Source: the human T2T-CHM13v2.0 reference genome, Homo sapiens. From it: a DNA stretch of 64,000 nucleotides. The stretch lies in NCBI RefSeq assembly GCF_009914755.1, contig NC_060929.1; one strand, written 5' to 3'. Both the position numbers and the translations under genes were made by a program. The notes beneath the pieces are model-generated. The model was not told the origin of the DNA. It saw only the letters and a program-made list of their open reading frames with translations, and made no database searches. This document shows positions 1 through 11,810 of the stretch, piece after piece; position 1 is the stretch's first letter; each line of letters opens with the position of its first letter.

Positions 1-149
1 TATTCAGTGCCTGTAGAACAAGAGAATTCAGAGAGGCGTAGGGTTCATTTGGGACTTTTTAGGCTAAGAGTGCATTAAACCAGCTCCCCAGCCCTGGGGC
101 CATAGGACTGTCGGGCATGAATCTAAAACTACTCCATATGCTATATCTG

Positions 150-1900
150 CGGCGTTGGAGTTAGTGGGGTGTGGGACTGCAGGGTTTCAGGTGCTCACAT
201 CAGGGCTACAGAATCATCCTCCTTTCTGTTAACCGCGCACAGGGAGTCGAGTGCTCCTTTGTGCCATCACCTCTTCTCGAAGCTCCAGGCGCAGAGGGCA
301 AACGCTGACGCCCTTTCCCGCCTTCTCTCCGTCTGCGAGTTCCGGAGGGCAGTGCACTGTGCAGCCTCCGTACTTCCCGACACGTTCCGCCTGCAAACCA
401 CTTAGGAGCTTCTGCCGGCAATTTCTCGGATGCAGCGCGGAGCCCAGCCTCCCGCACTGACTCAGGCCCGGCACCACCCCGCCTGCTGAGGGCGTCGTCG
501 CGGGCGCCACCGACGGCGCCAGCCTGCGTTCCTAAAGGCTCCAGGACAGGTGTGGGGCTGAAATCCCGCTCCTCCAGCATCTTCCCCTCCCTACCAAAAG
601 AAGGCTGCTTTAAATATTCCCGGCCTGGAGCAGCAGCAGCTAAGGACCTGGAAAGAGGCCCGAAAAGGCCAGGGCAGGGCGAACGAACGTGCTGTCCCTA
701 TTTACCGGCCACACGCTCTGACTGCGGGCTGACCCTGATCGCACACTTCGAGCCTGTTCACTCGCTGGGCGGACCCTCCCTCCACGCTCCGCGCCCAGGC
801 AGGCGAGGTCACCCACTCGAAGTCACCACGTTTGAGTAGCCCTGGTTGGTGGGGCAGCGCCCCCTTGGCCAACGCCCCGCCCTCCTCTCCATCTTCCGAC
901 GCTGGGCTCTCGCCCTTCGGCGTCCGAGAGCCCCTATTGCTGCCCAGCTGGCCCCAAAAGCGTCCGAAAGTCCCCTCTTGGCTTATTTCAGAGATGCCAC
1001 GCAATAAAGAAAAGGCGGCTACTTTGCATTCCGCAGCTGCTGGGACGCCCGGGCTGCGAGCGCGGCTCCTGGATTCCAGCCTCCCGCCCTTCCCAGGCGC
1101 TGGAATGGACACGGACGCCCACAGTGGCGGGCCAGGTAGTGCCGGAGTCGGGGGCCCAGGCCGCGGCGCCCCGCGCCTCATCACTTACCTTGCCTTTAGC
1201 TATCAATTCCATGATGTAGCCAAATTCACTCATCTCCCCAGACTCCGACATGTTTACACCCCTTCACAAACTCTGGAGGACCGACGCGGGTGTATCGAAT
1301 TTGTCCTTTCTTTTCTCTTTTTCTGTTTTTAGTCTGAGTTTTGCCGAGCTCCCCGCCCATAAGCTGTTAACCAGGAAAAGAGGGGAAGCGCCGGGGAAAG
1401 CAAGAAGCGGGCTTGGGTGAAATGAAGGCCATCGAGGGCTCCCGGGCAGCCTCGCCCGGCTTGCTAGGATCCGGGTGCAGCGGTCGGGGCTGCGCGATCT
1501 AACGGAACAAACGAGGGCGGCGGCGGCGGCAGCAGAGGCCGTGAAACCCTCACCAGGCGGAGCCGGGCGCGCGGAGGCCCCGCCTCCTCGGGGGTCGCGG
1601 CAGCGGTTCGGACCGCAGCGGAGACAAACAAACGCGCACACAAAGCGGGTCCGCACTCGGCTCAGCGCGGCCCCAGCTAGACATTCCCCGGCCTTTATCG
1701 CATGCCGGCAGGTTGGCCGTCCCCGGCTCTCGGCGCGAAGATCTGGAAAAAAGCCCCATCTCACTGTCTGGAGGTGCGAGGGCAGACAGAAACGAATACA
1801 GAGGAGGCGCAACAAAGGGGCTGGCTGCCAGCGCCGGAAAATAAATAAATAAATACATAAGTGAAGGCCAGGAAATGGCAACGGCGCATCTCAAGTCAGC
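150..1900. promoter_or_regulatory. TRIM36: CpG island / TRIM36 promoter region
   Basis: Very GC- and CpG-rich compared with the AT-rich remainder; GC boxes (ccccgccc at about 875 and 1351); short (GGC)5 at about 1516-1530; surrounds the first coding exon. Limits approximate. Confidence 0.9.
1189..1251 (-). CDS. TRIM36: TRIM36 first coding exon (CDS part, 21 codons); the gene continues off the left edge
   Basis: ATG at 1251-1249 with A at -3; encodes MSESGEMSEFGYIMELIAKGK, the recognised N-terminus of TRIM36; ends at a perfect donor AAG|GTAAGT (acttac at 1183-1188 on +), phase 0. Confidence 0.93.
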
Positions 1901-2046
1901 CTTCCTGAAATCCAATAGGTAATAAAGACCAAGCCCCGCGCTTCGGAGATGAGAACAAATACAGGGATTGTATTTTAAACACTCTGTGTAAGGTCTGTTG
2001 TATCTCCATATCCTTTTGATACTCAACTTTCCTTTAACAACGACAA

Positions 2047-2109
2047 CAAAAAAAAAAAAAAAAGAAAGAAAGAAAGAAAAAAAAAGAAGAGGAAAGAAAA
2101 GAAAAAAAA
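2047..2109. repeat. A/AG-rich low-complexity tract
   Basis: Poly-A followed by GAAA-like units. Confidence 0.85.
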
Positions 2110-3099
2110 TATTGCCAGCCAGGTTCCTGGACACTCTGACCGTTAGTTACCACAAGTCCACTTTTCTAATTATTTGTTTCGTTGGTTGAGTTAAAGCATT
2201 CAGTGCAGGCTTCTCACATTTCTATACTTCTTTTTATAACAGCAGCTTCCCTAGGAGGCTACAGCTGAAATGGCCTCAGACCATACCTGACAATCTTTGC
2301 TTCTCTTCAAAAGAAAACTTGGCTGAACAAAATCAGTCCCAGTCTATCACTCTGCTCTAAGGAGTCTTTGCGATTAAAGCTTGATGTTTTTTCTTTAAAA
2401 AGAAAAGAAAAGAAAAGAAAAAAGCTGCCAGCAATAATTAGATTAGACACGAATAAGATTTACTACAAAGTTCGTGAAACTACTTTCCTTAAGCAAGTTG
2501 GCAGAGTTTGCGTTGCGCTCAGCACCAGTGGGCAGGGTGGTGTGTCGAAATGACCTATTTTACAGGTGTAAAAGAGTTTTGCAGGCTTAATGAGACGTGG
2601 GGGTTTTTCTTTTTTGCCTCTTCCTTTTGTCATTTTCTAATTTCTCCACTTTGGTCCAGAAATCCAGAAGCATACACATTTCTTTCTTTTTTCAGCACAC
2701 CTCTCCGTAAAGCTCCAACAGTGTTGCTCTGTAACTGTTGTTCTACCAGAACTTTGCTTCTTCGGTGTGTTACTTTACTTTATGAGCTGGTGCTGAAAAC
2801 CTCTTAGAACAAGCAGCAAAAGTTAACATGCTGATGTTCACAATTAGGGCTCTGTAGGAGGCAAGACACAATCATAATGCTTCTTGGATATACAGCTAGA
2901 AGCTTCTTGTCCCTCTTAAGTTCTGTAGAACTTCATGTATACTCTTTGCGTCCATAGGAAAACTAGTAGAATTCAACTAAGGTCTGTAGCATCCATAAAT
3001 GGGTTCTTGCCTACTATTAGCAACACTTGATGGATTACCAGAAAGAGATATTGCTCTAAAAGTGAACATTTTTTCACACCCAGAATGGATTCTGGCACC

Positions 3100-3390
3100 T
3101 GATTAAAAACCACAGTGTTAGAGCTGAACAGCTAATCTTATGTCTGCATTACAAGCAGGAAGGAGGAACGTAGAGACAAGAGCACACAAGACATTTGTTT
3201 CCCCTTAAAAAGCTTCCCCCAGCCCCATCCAGTGACCTCCACTTACACCTTTGTGAGAAATGGGTAATATGCATCCCCTAGCTCCAAGGAAGGCTGGGGA
3301 GGTGATTATTTTGTTCTGGGAACATTGCCACTCTAAACAAAATCAAGGATTTGTTAGTAAGGAAGAAGAGGAGACAGATATCGGGTAGAA
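3100..3390. mobile_element. Old MaLR LTR fragment (MLT1-like)
   Basis: Contains cccctagctccaaggaaggctgggga and aacaaaatcaaggatttgttagtaaggaagaag, typical of old MLT1 LTRs; limits approximate. Confidence 0.55.
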
Positions 3391-3404
3391 AGTTGTTAGT
3401 TTCT

Positions 3405-3500
3405 ATTAACCTTGAGTAAGTCCATTCAACTTTCAGAGCTTCAGTTTTCTCTTCTATAAAATGACTGGTTTTGACTAAATGGTCTCTAACCCCTTCCTGT
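3405..3500 (+). mobile_element. MIR-family SINE fragment
   Basis: Core-like ccttgagtaagt...gcttcagttttctcttctataaaatg. Confidence 0.55.
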
Positions 3501-4574
3501 TCTTAACCCTAAAATCTCTGATCTGAGGATCCCTTTGCCATCTGGCCGCATTAGCTGCCATTCTCCTCCCTGAAAAGATCGCTCTTAAAAAAGGGCTGTC
3601 CACCTGATCACTTGCTACTAGAAAATACTCCAGACAAAATATCCTTATCAGTTGCCTAGATTCCTACCCAAGACCAAGAAAGTGGTGGAGGCAAGAGTTT
3701 TAGAGAACATAAGTTGGGTCCTGAGCATTTATTTACACCAATGCCTGGTGGTATTTACCACTCTTTATTGTCGTTGTGTGAAGAACACTCTGGAGCATTA
3801 AAGACCTTTCAAAGAAGATAGGCATATAAAAATGAAGACCACATTGAAATTTCTTCTGAAATTCTATGCATGCACTCACTTCAAAGACACAGGGTCAAAC
3901 TGTCAATAGGTACCAAATAAAAGTTGCTTTATTATGTCCCTTTCTTCTGAAAAAAAGATTAAAATCATATAAATTTAAAACTTCACTCCCTAAAAGAACC
4001 AAAATTAAGAAAAATGTTAATTCATATTTCTCTAAAAATAAGAATGAAATTAACATGACAGATGCTGCTTCACAGGGGACTTCCCCACCTAAGAGGAAGA
4101 TATTTAATAGAGGGATTATATGATGTGTGAATTTTTCACACTGAGAAGACCAGCAATATTAAAGGGTCCCTTGCTGTGGAAAATCTGCTAATTGCCAACT
4201 TTCATCAAATGGAGAAAATTCTTCAACTGCTCTATTGCTATGCCAATTATTGAAATAAGTATTACATAGAGATTTACAACATTCTATTTTCTCCTTCTGA
4301 TGGCAACCAGCATAATACATAATAGCTTGAACAAATAACATCAACAAAATACACAATCCAAGTTTTCTTTTTAATGGTGACACACAAATTGTATTTTTGA
4401 AGGTTTTGAATTTAAAATCTGTGAAGAATGTTCAGCTTTTTAAGAGTTAGAGACTGAAGAAACCTAAAATATCTTACTTTTAATAAACTCTCACATTTTC
4501 TTAGTTTTTATTTCAAAAATGTAAACCTAAAATTTGACTGATACCTGTATTCAAAAAGGTCATTTTAAAAAAAA

Positions 4575-5420
4575 AATCTTTTTTGAATAAGCTTTATTGA
4601 GGTACAATTTATATACCATAAAATTCACTAATTGTCAGTGTACTGCTTAGTTATTTTTATTAAATTATGGATTTGTAAAACCATCTCATAATCTGGTTTT
4701 ACAATATTGGAATATTCATTTATTGAGATTTTCTTTAATTTTTCCAAGCAATGTTCTATCACTTTTAATGTTCAGATATTGTACTTATTGTATTACATAT
4801 TGCAAGGTACTCCTTTTAATATTATTGTGAATAAAATTGATTTCTTGGTGTCATTTCTTGGATTGTTAATTACTGTTATATAGAAACACAACTGATTTTT
4901 GCATAAGGTTGTGTTTTACAATGGGGCAAAATTCACTTATCAATTCCAGATTTTATTTTCAGATTCCTTATAATATCATCTGTAATTAAAGACAATTTTA
5001 TTTCTTCCTTTCCAATCTGTATGCCTTTATTTTTCTGCCTTATTACTCTGGTTAGAACCTCCAGTAGAACCTCCATTGAATGCATGCAGCAAGTGTGGGC
5101 ATCCTTGCCTTATTCCCAATCTTGGGGAAAAAGCATTCATTCTTTCACCATTAAGTACTGATTGGTTTGGCTACATTCCATGACTTTTGATTTTTTTAAA
5201 ATTAAGTTAGAAATATTTTTAAAATTTCCTATTGTGATTTTTTTGACCCATGGGTTATTTACAAATGTGTTAATTTCCAAATTATTTCAAATTTCCAAAT
5301 AGTTTAGATTTTCTATTTTTCTGTGTGTTGATTTCTAATCCAATTCTGTTTTGAGCAAAGATCATCCTTTGAATGATTTTAATGTTTTTAAATATATTCA
5401 GGCTTTTTAATAGTCTAATG
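4575..5420 (-). mobile_element. L1M fragments (3' end and ORF2), antisense
   Basis: gctttattgaggtacaatttatataccataaaattcac (L1MB 3' end) and ttcttcctttccaatctgtatgccttt...gggcatccttgcctt (ORF2). The host L1 resumes at about 6760-6865. Confidence 0.75.
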
Positions 5421-5501
5421 TGGAAGTCAGCAACTTTTTCTTAAAGGGTAAGATATTAATGAACATTTTAGACTTGAAGCCATATAATTTCTGTTACTAC
5501 T

Positions 5502-5917
5502 TGGCTTAGTACGTGTTGCTACAAAAGATTACCCTGGGACTGGATAATTTATAAGGAAAAGAGGTTTATTTGGTTCATGGTTCTGCAGACTTTACAGGAA
5601 GCATGGTGCCAGCATATGCTTCCAGTAAGGCTTCAAGAAGATTCCACTTATGGCAGAAGGTGAAGGGAAGCTGGCATGTCACATGGCAAGAGGGAGCAAG
5701 AAAGAAAGGAGGGGGGGGTGTCATGCTCATTTTAACAATCCGTTCTCATGAGAACTAATAGAACAAGAACTTAACTCATTACCACGAGGACAGCACCAAG
5801 ATACTCATGAAGGATCCACCTCCATTACCAGAATAGCTCCCACTGGACCCCACCTCCAACATTGGGGATCAAATTTTAACAGTAAATTTGGAGGGGACAT
5901 ATATCCAAACTATATCA
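5502..5917. mobile_element. MST-type MaLR solo LTR (MSTB-like)
   Basis: TG...CA termini; ataatttataaggaaaagaggtttatttgg, atggcagaaggtgaaggg and ccaaactatatca motifs; 5-bp TSD ctact/ctgct. Confidence 0.85.
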
Positions 5918-6034
5918 CTGCTCAACTCTGCTGTTACAGGATGAAAGGGACCATTGACAATAGGTCCACAAATAGGTACACAAATGAATGTGGACATGTT
6001 TCAATAAACATTTATTTATGAAAATAGGCAGCTG

Positions 6035-6719
6035 AATAAGCACATGAAAAGATGCTTGACGTTATTAGTCATTAGGAAAATGCAAATCAAAACCACAATA
6101 AGATACTACCTCATACTCACTAGAATGGCTAGAATCAAAAACAGAGAGAATAACAAGTATTAATGACAAAGTGGAGAAATTGGAATGCTCTTAGAATTCT
6201 TAGAACTTAGAATTACCATATGACTCAGCAATTCCACTCCTAGTTATATACCCAAACGACTTGATAACAGGGACTCAAACAGATACTGGTACACCAGGGC
6301 TCATTGCTACATTTTTCACAATAACCAAAAGGTAGAAACAACTCAAGTATCTGTCAATAGATGGATAAACAAAATATATATACATATAATGGAATTTTTT
6401 CAGCCATAACATGTAATGAACTTTTAACATTTGCTACAATATGGATGAACATTGAAAACATTATGCTAAGTGAAATAAGCCAGAAATAAAAGGATAAATA
6501 TTATATAGTTTCACTTATATGAAATATCTAGAATAGACAAACTCATAGAGACAGAAAGTAGAGGGGCTGGAGAGAGTCTGGAATGGATTGTTTAATGGAT
6601 AGAGTTTACATTGGGAGTGACGAAAAAGTTTTGGGTATAGATAGTGGTAATGATTGTACAACGTTTTGAATATAATTAATGTTACTCAGTTGAACACTTA
6701 AAAATGGTTTAAAAAAAAC
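6035..6719 (+). mobile_element. L1MB 3' fragment with TSD
   Basis: atgcaaatcaaaaccacaa and cattatgctaagtgaaataagccag motifs; ends in A8; direct repeat taggcagctg at 6025-6034 and 6720-6729. Confidence 0.85.
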
Positions 6720-6886
6720 TAGGCAGCTGCCCCCTGGCCTGTAATTTACTAACCCATAGCCTAGAATATCACCTATTTTGGATGATATTCCATGTGTGCT
6801 TAAGAAGAGTGTATATTCTCCTGTTATTGGATGAAGTATTCTACAAATGTCAGGTAAAGTTGATTATTTCTCTCTCTCTCTCTCTC

Positions 6887-7213
6887 TTTTTTTTTTTTTT
6901 TTTTTTTTTTGGTGACAGGGTCTTGCTCTATTGCCCAGGTTGAGTGTGGTGGTGCAATAACAGCTTACTGCAACCTCCACTTCCTGGGCTCAAGCCATCC
7001 TCCCACCTCAGCTTCCTGAGTAGCTGGGACTACAGGTGCATGCCACTACATCCAGCTAGTTTTTCTTTCTTTTTTTTTTTTTTTTTTTTTTTGTAGACAT
7101 AGGGGGTCTCACTATATTGCTTAGGCTGGTCTTGAACTCCTGGGCTCAAGCAATCCTCCAGCCTTGGCCTCCCAAAGTGCTGGGATCACAGGCATGAGCC
7201 TCCATGCCCAGCC
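6887..7213 (-). mobile_element. Alu (AluJ-like) with (CT)n/poly-T tail
   Basis: Dimeric Alu reverse complement ending gcccagcc at 7213. Confidence 0.93.
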
Positions 7214-7559
7214 TTAACAGTGTGTTTTCTCCAGAAATTTATTACACACAATCTTTGGCCTAAAGAGAGCAACAAAATTCCTTGGGATTGTTTGTGTCAC
7301 AACAAAGGATCACTCCTTGTCTTAGAGTTGCTCAAATGGTAGAATTAGAACAGTGTGCACATATCCTAAAGCTATCCTCATTCTCAGGGGATGATATTTC
7401 TCTAGCAAGCAAGACTTTGCCCAGGAACAAGCCTAGGATGGCCAGCCCAGGCTATCACAGGAGCCAGTGGCCTCCTAAGACATGCTGTTGAGCACATGGC
7501 CTTCATGTCCCTCTGTGCCTGAATCTCAACTAGATCTACGGAATCGCAATGTGCCAATA

Positions 7560-7755
7560 TTATTCATTCATTAAATAGTCCATTAAATATAAGTAAGTAC
7601 TTATATTTAATACTTAATGAATAAATATACTTACTTTACAATGGACTTATTGTAAAGTACTTACAATGTAAATATAAAAAGTACACAGGCACCTACTGTG
7701 TGCCTGGCAGTGTCTGGCAATGGAGATTCAGCAGTAAACAAAATAAACGAGACTT
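7560..7755. mobile_element. L2 3' end interrupted by a palindromic insert
   Basis: attcattcatt ... gcacctactgtgtgcctggcagtgt L2 terminal motif with about 110 nt of extra sequence between the halves. Confidence 0.6.
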
Positions 7756-9083
7756 TTAAAATACAGATGTCCTTTTAATACCATGCTGTGTTTTGAAAGC
7801 TTTTATTTTGTATGGGGCTTTTTGATGCTACGGCAATATGATCTTGGTAGGTAGGGCAGAACCTTTATTTCCCTGCAGGGTACACAGTGAAATGATACAC
7901 CATTTCTTTCCTAGGAAATGAGATATGTGGAGATCATCAGTTAGTTTGTCATTAGATATGGTAGAACCATATTGGATAACCAGTGTTCTCTTAACTAAGG
8001 TCCTGACTAGCTATTCACCCACTCCCTCCCCCCACTTCTCTCTCCATCAACCCCCACACTTTCACATTAGGTCAAAAATTCTTTGGGCGATGACAACTTC
8101 TATAGGTACAAGGAAAGTAGGGTTAAGAGAGAAATCTGCCTCTGATCAATACAGCTGCAGCATCATCATAAATAATTTAACCACTTACTCTGTTTTTAGT
8201 TTCTTTGATCTGCTTCTCGCATCTTGCCTGGTTGTGTTACTGCCACAAAAGTTTGCTCTTTGAGAGGATGAAGAACCTTCTAGTCATACCTCAGTCATCA
8301 TCCTGGGGCAAAGGTCCACTTTGTATTACTCCTCCTGCCTCATGCCTCATAGCTAAGCATCAATGTTTTTTTACCATTCTGAAGGTTCCTGGGTGTTGCT
8401 TTGAAATGTTCTAAACCAGAAATAATGAGGTTTCTTATTAGGCTGACCCTAAGAGCTATCATCCTGTTGTTCTTTATTTATTTTAGAAGATTGCTTGTTA
8501 TGTGGGTGTAGAGGGAGGCAAGCTAGAGAGAGGAAGAGGGATAATTTATAGGATCTCAGATTCAGTTCGAGTATTCCTTTTAGGGGCAGTGAGTGAGGAG
8601 ATAGGGTATATTAGGAGGTAGTAATTAGTATAGTGTTGGCTACTGTCTGATGGACAAACATGTAGTTCATTGGCTCCAGCAAAATGATAAATCATATCGA
8701 TTTTTCTATTTTGCCACTCACACATATTTTAAAAATCTTGTTGTGCCAGGGTTCCTCAATAAAAGGCACAGCTCTTATCTCCATTAAATTGAAATTTAAA
8801 ATGTTAATAACACCAATATATGCTACCGACTTATTGATTAAACTGAGTATTTGGTAGAGCTTGAGCACTGTTGTTCTAGCTCTACCAAAAAGAGGAAAAT
8901 ATCTGGGAAGAAATTCACAGAATAGAAAAAAAGTGCTAAGAAAGGATTCTATACACATCACACCATAAAAATAACATTGACTTTGAGAAGCAGGAAGGAC
9001 AAGTTCTTGGCAGAGAGGCTGGCATCTTTTCATCTGTCCCTAAATTACACACTGATCAGCCAATGCAAGGTGGGGAGCTATGA

Positions 9084-9265
<182 letters not shown>

Positions 9266-10239
9266 ACAAAAAATATATCTATTTCAGCATTTCACCAGCT
9301 TGCTAGGGGAGAACTTTGTGTTTCACAAGGCATTTGTTTACTCTTGAAAAGGAAAATTGTTGACATTTTCCTTCCAATATGCTTATCTTTAAAGATTTAT
9401 AATATAAAATATTCTCTGTGTGATACATATTTATTTGAACTATTTGAATTTCCTATAATTCCAAAAGGAATTTTACCTTTCTTTTTCAGTATTCTATTAA
9501 GACAAATTTGGTTTACCCTTATGAAAAGAAACACTTTTTATTTAACTGTAAAAGTACTCATTGAGTAAGAGTAACAAGCTTTAAATAATTTGTTACATAT
9601 TATCCCATTTTTTGGTTAATAATGAAACAAAAATGACTATCAAATATTAAGTGTTAATATCTAACACATATTTGAGTCCAAAAAGTGTTTACTCAATGAA
9701 TAAATGAACAAATGAATAAATATACTTACTTTACAATGGGAGAAACTGAGGTCAAAAGAAAAGTATTAGCCACAATCTAGTATACTATAATCCAACTAAA
9801 AACTATCTAACTATCTAATTCAAGTATTGTTTTCCCTTGTTTTATTTAGAAGACAAATGAAAGCTTTAGTACTGAACATTTTGAAACAGAAACCCGAGAA
9901 TAATGCCTTGCGGGGAGAAAAGCTTCAGATTAAAATTTCGGAATAAAAATAAGGAGAAAAATAATTTTACCCAAACACCACTTTGCCTTTCCTTTACTCG
10001 TAAATTCAAGAGTCTCAAATAACCATTTAAATACTGTGAAGTTAAAGAATTTTCTTAATTATAAATAAATTGTGCTTAAGGGAAACCTGGAAGCTTTAGT
10101 AAGTTTCTAATTTTTAAAATTATGTGCACCACCTTATTTATATTTTCTAAATGACTATTCCAAGTGGGAAATAAATACAGTAATACAGTTATGTCTTCAC
10201 CTGCCAACCAACACCACAGTTATGGTCCAATGAACTGTA

Positions 10240-10710
10240 TTTTATGGTATATAGGTTCAATATTCACTTTTCCTCCTTCTTTGTAACAGAACGTTGAGAA
10301 ATGTGCCCAACTTAAAAAGAAAAGGAAAACTCCTTTTGCAGCTTGCTTTGCAGAAAGGGTTGACCAATGAGGTATCAATGGGAGTTTTTATGTCCAGCTT
10401 CTGGGAGAGCTCTTTTGCCCTCTCTTTCCTTTCCTTCTAACTGAAATACAGTTCTGATACGTGGCATCCAACCACCATCTTGGACTACTGAGGAGAACCT
10501 GAGGATAGAAGTCATTCACTAAAATGGCTGGAGAGGAAAGAGGGAAGAGCCTGAATCTAAGGATGGTGGAGCTTCCATTCCAACTGTTGACCACCTACCT
10601 TCTATCTTCATTTACTCCAGAGACAATTAAACTATAACTTGATTAATTGATTAAACCATGTTATTTGAGTTTTCTCTTACATACAACCAAGCCTAGTCAC
10701 AACTAATATA
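10240..10710. mobile_element. Old MaLR LTR (MLT1-like)
   Basis: caccatcttggac...gaagagcctgaatc...aactaatata terminal motif; limits approximate. Confidence 0.6.
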
Positions 10711-10719
10711 GCCATGTTA

Positions 10720-10900
10720 TAGCTGTGAGACTTTTAGCAACTCATTTCTCTATACCTCAGTTTACTCATCTGTAAAAATGGACCCAATAACAGTATTGAC
10801 TCAGAGAGCTGTTATAAGGATTAAATGAGTTAATATATGTAAACAGCTTAGAATTGTAGCCAACACAGACTAAAGACTCAATGAATCCTCTATTGTTACT
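10720..10900 (+). mobile_element. MIR SINE
   Basis: cctcagtttactcatctgtaaaaatgg...aggattaaatgagttaatatatgtaaa. Confidence 0.8.
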
Positions 10901-11569
10901 ATTCACTTGTACCACCTATAATATAATACCTGCAGAATAAATGAGAAAAGGAGTATGAAGAGGAGAAATAACATTTGTTTCCCACCGCCTTCTTCAGAGA
11001 TGAAAGACCTGGGTAAAGAGCATAACAGAACATGTAACACATCATCCTTCTCAATTAAAAGCACTTTGCAGATTACAGGTCATTCTGTAAAGATACTCGA
11101 GTTGTTCTAATCCTTACCAGAGCTCTGAGATGAGGGTGAAAGTTGAAACTTGCTTAAGTCAACAGGTCATTTGCTTGCTGGCTCAAGAGCTGGAGCCCCA
11201 AGTTCACTGTTCCAATAAAGGCCAAGTTGGCTTGGTTCTAGTTCATGACCCTAGGCACGACAGTATACTTAGCTTTGGTTAATTGTCCTCTGAATAGGAT
11301 TCTAAATTTAAATCGTGTGGGAGAAGACATGAGGAGGTCTGAGCCATGCTCCTGAGAAGCTCCAGGCATCTTCCTTCTCCTGCTGTGACTGGCTCCACCT
11401 GCCAGCAGGTGTGTGGGGGTTGTAACTAAGACTTTTTGTTTTTTAAAGGGAAATTTCCTGAATTTTTTCAAGGAATCTATTTTTTCCTCCAGCTAATTTA
11501 TTTAAAAGCCTTCTGAGCCTTTGGGTCTTAACTTTAGGATGACTCCCCAGTGAGCTCTGTTCACATCTT

Positions 11570-11810
11570 AATATAATAATGATAACAGCTAATATTTTTT
11601 AAGCTCTCATTATAGGTGAGGCACCATTTTAAGTGCTTACTCATATCATCCTACTTAATCCTCACAAAACTCCGCAAAGTACTATTGTATTTGCCTTTTA
11701 CAGATAATCACCCTGAGGCACAAACAGTGGAGTGACCTACTTACTCAAAGTCACTAGGAGGGGTGGTGGCAGAGCCAGGTGAGACCCCATGGTCCTAGCC
11801 ACCACCCAGT
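11570..11810 (-). mobile_element. MIR SINE
   Basis: cttaatcctcacaaaac...ttttacagat...ctgaggcaca...caaagtcac. Confidence 0.7.

Larger units (their letters stand above)
5421..6758 (+). mobile_element. MER58A-like hAT-Charlie element split by two later insertions
   Basis: Pieces at about 5421-5501 (gtcagcaactttttc), 5918-6034 (ctcaactctgctg...caataaacatttattta) and 6720-6758 join into one element. Confidence 0.65.

Noticed and set aside
169-1881. Many overlapping 70-205 aa ORFs on both strands, including the 87-aa read-through of TRIM36 exon 1 (988-1251) and 702-1184
   Set aside because: Expected from stop-codon scarcity in a CpG island; Pro/Arg/Gly/Ala-rich with no recognisable domain; the perfect donor at 1188 explains the real frame.
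2518-2540. ctcagcaccagtgggcaggg resembling a REST/RE1 half-site or a CTCF core
   Set aside because: RE1 half-site spacing is wrong and the CTCF match has core mismatches; not supportable without ChIP data.
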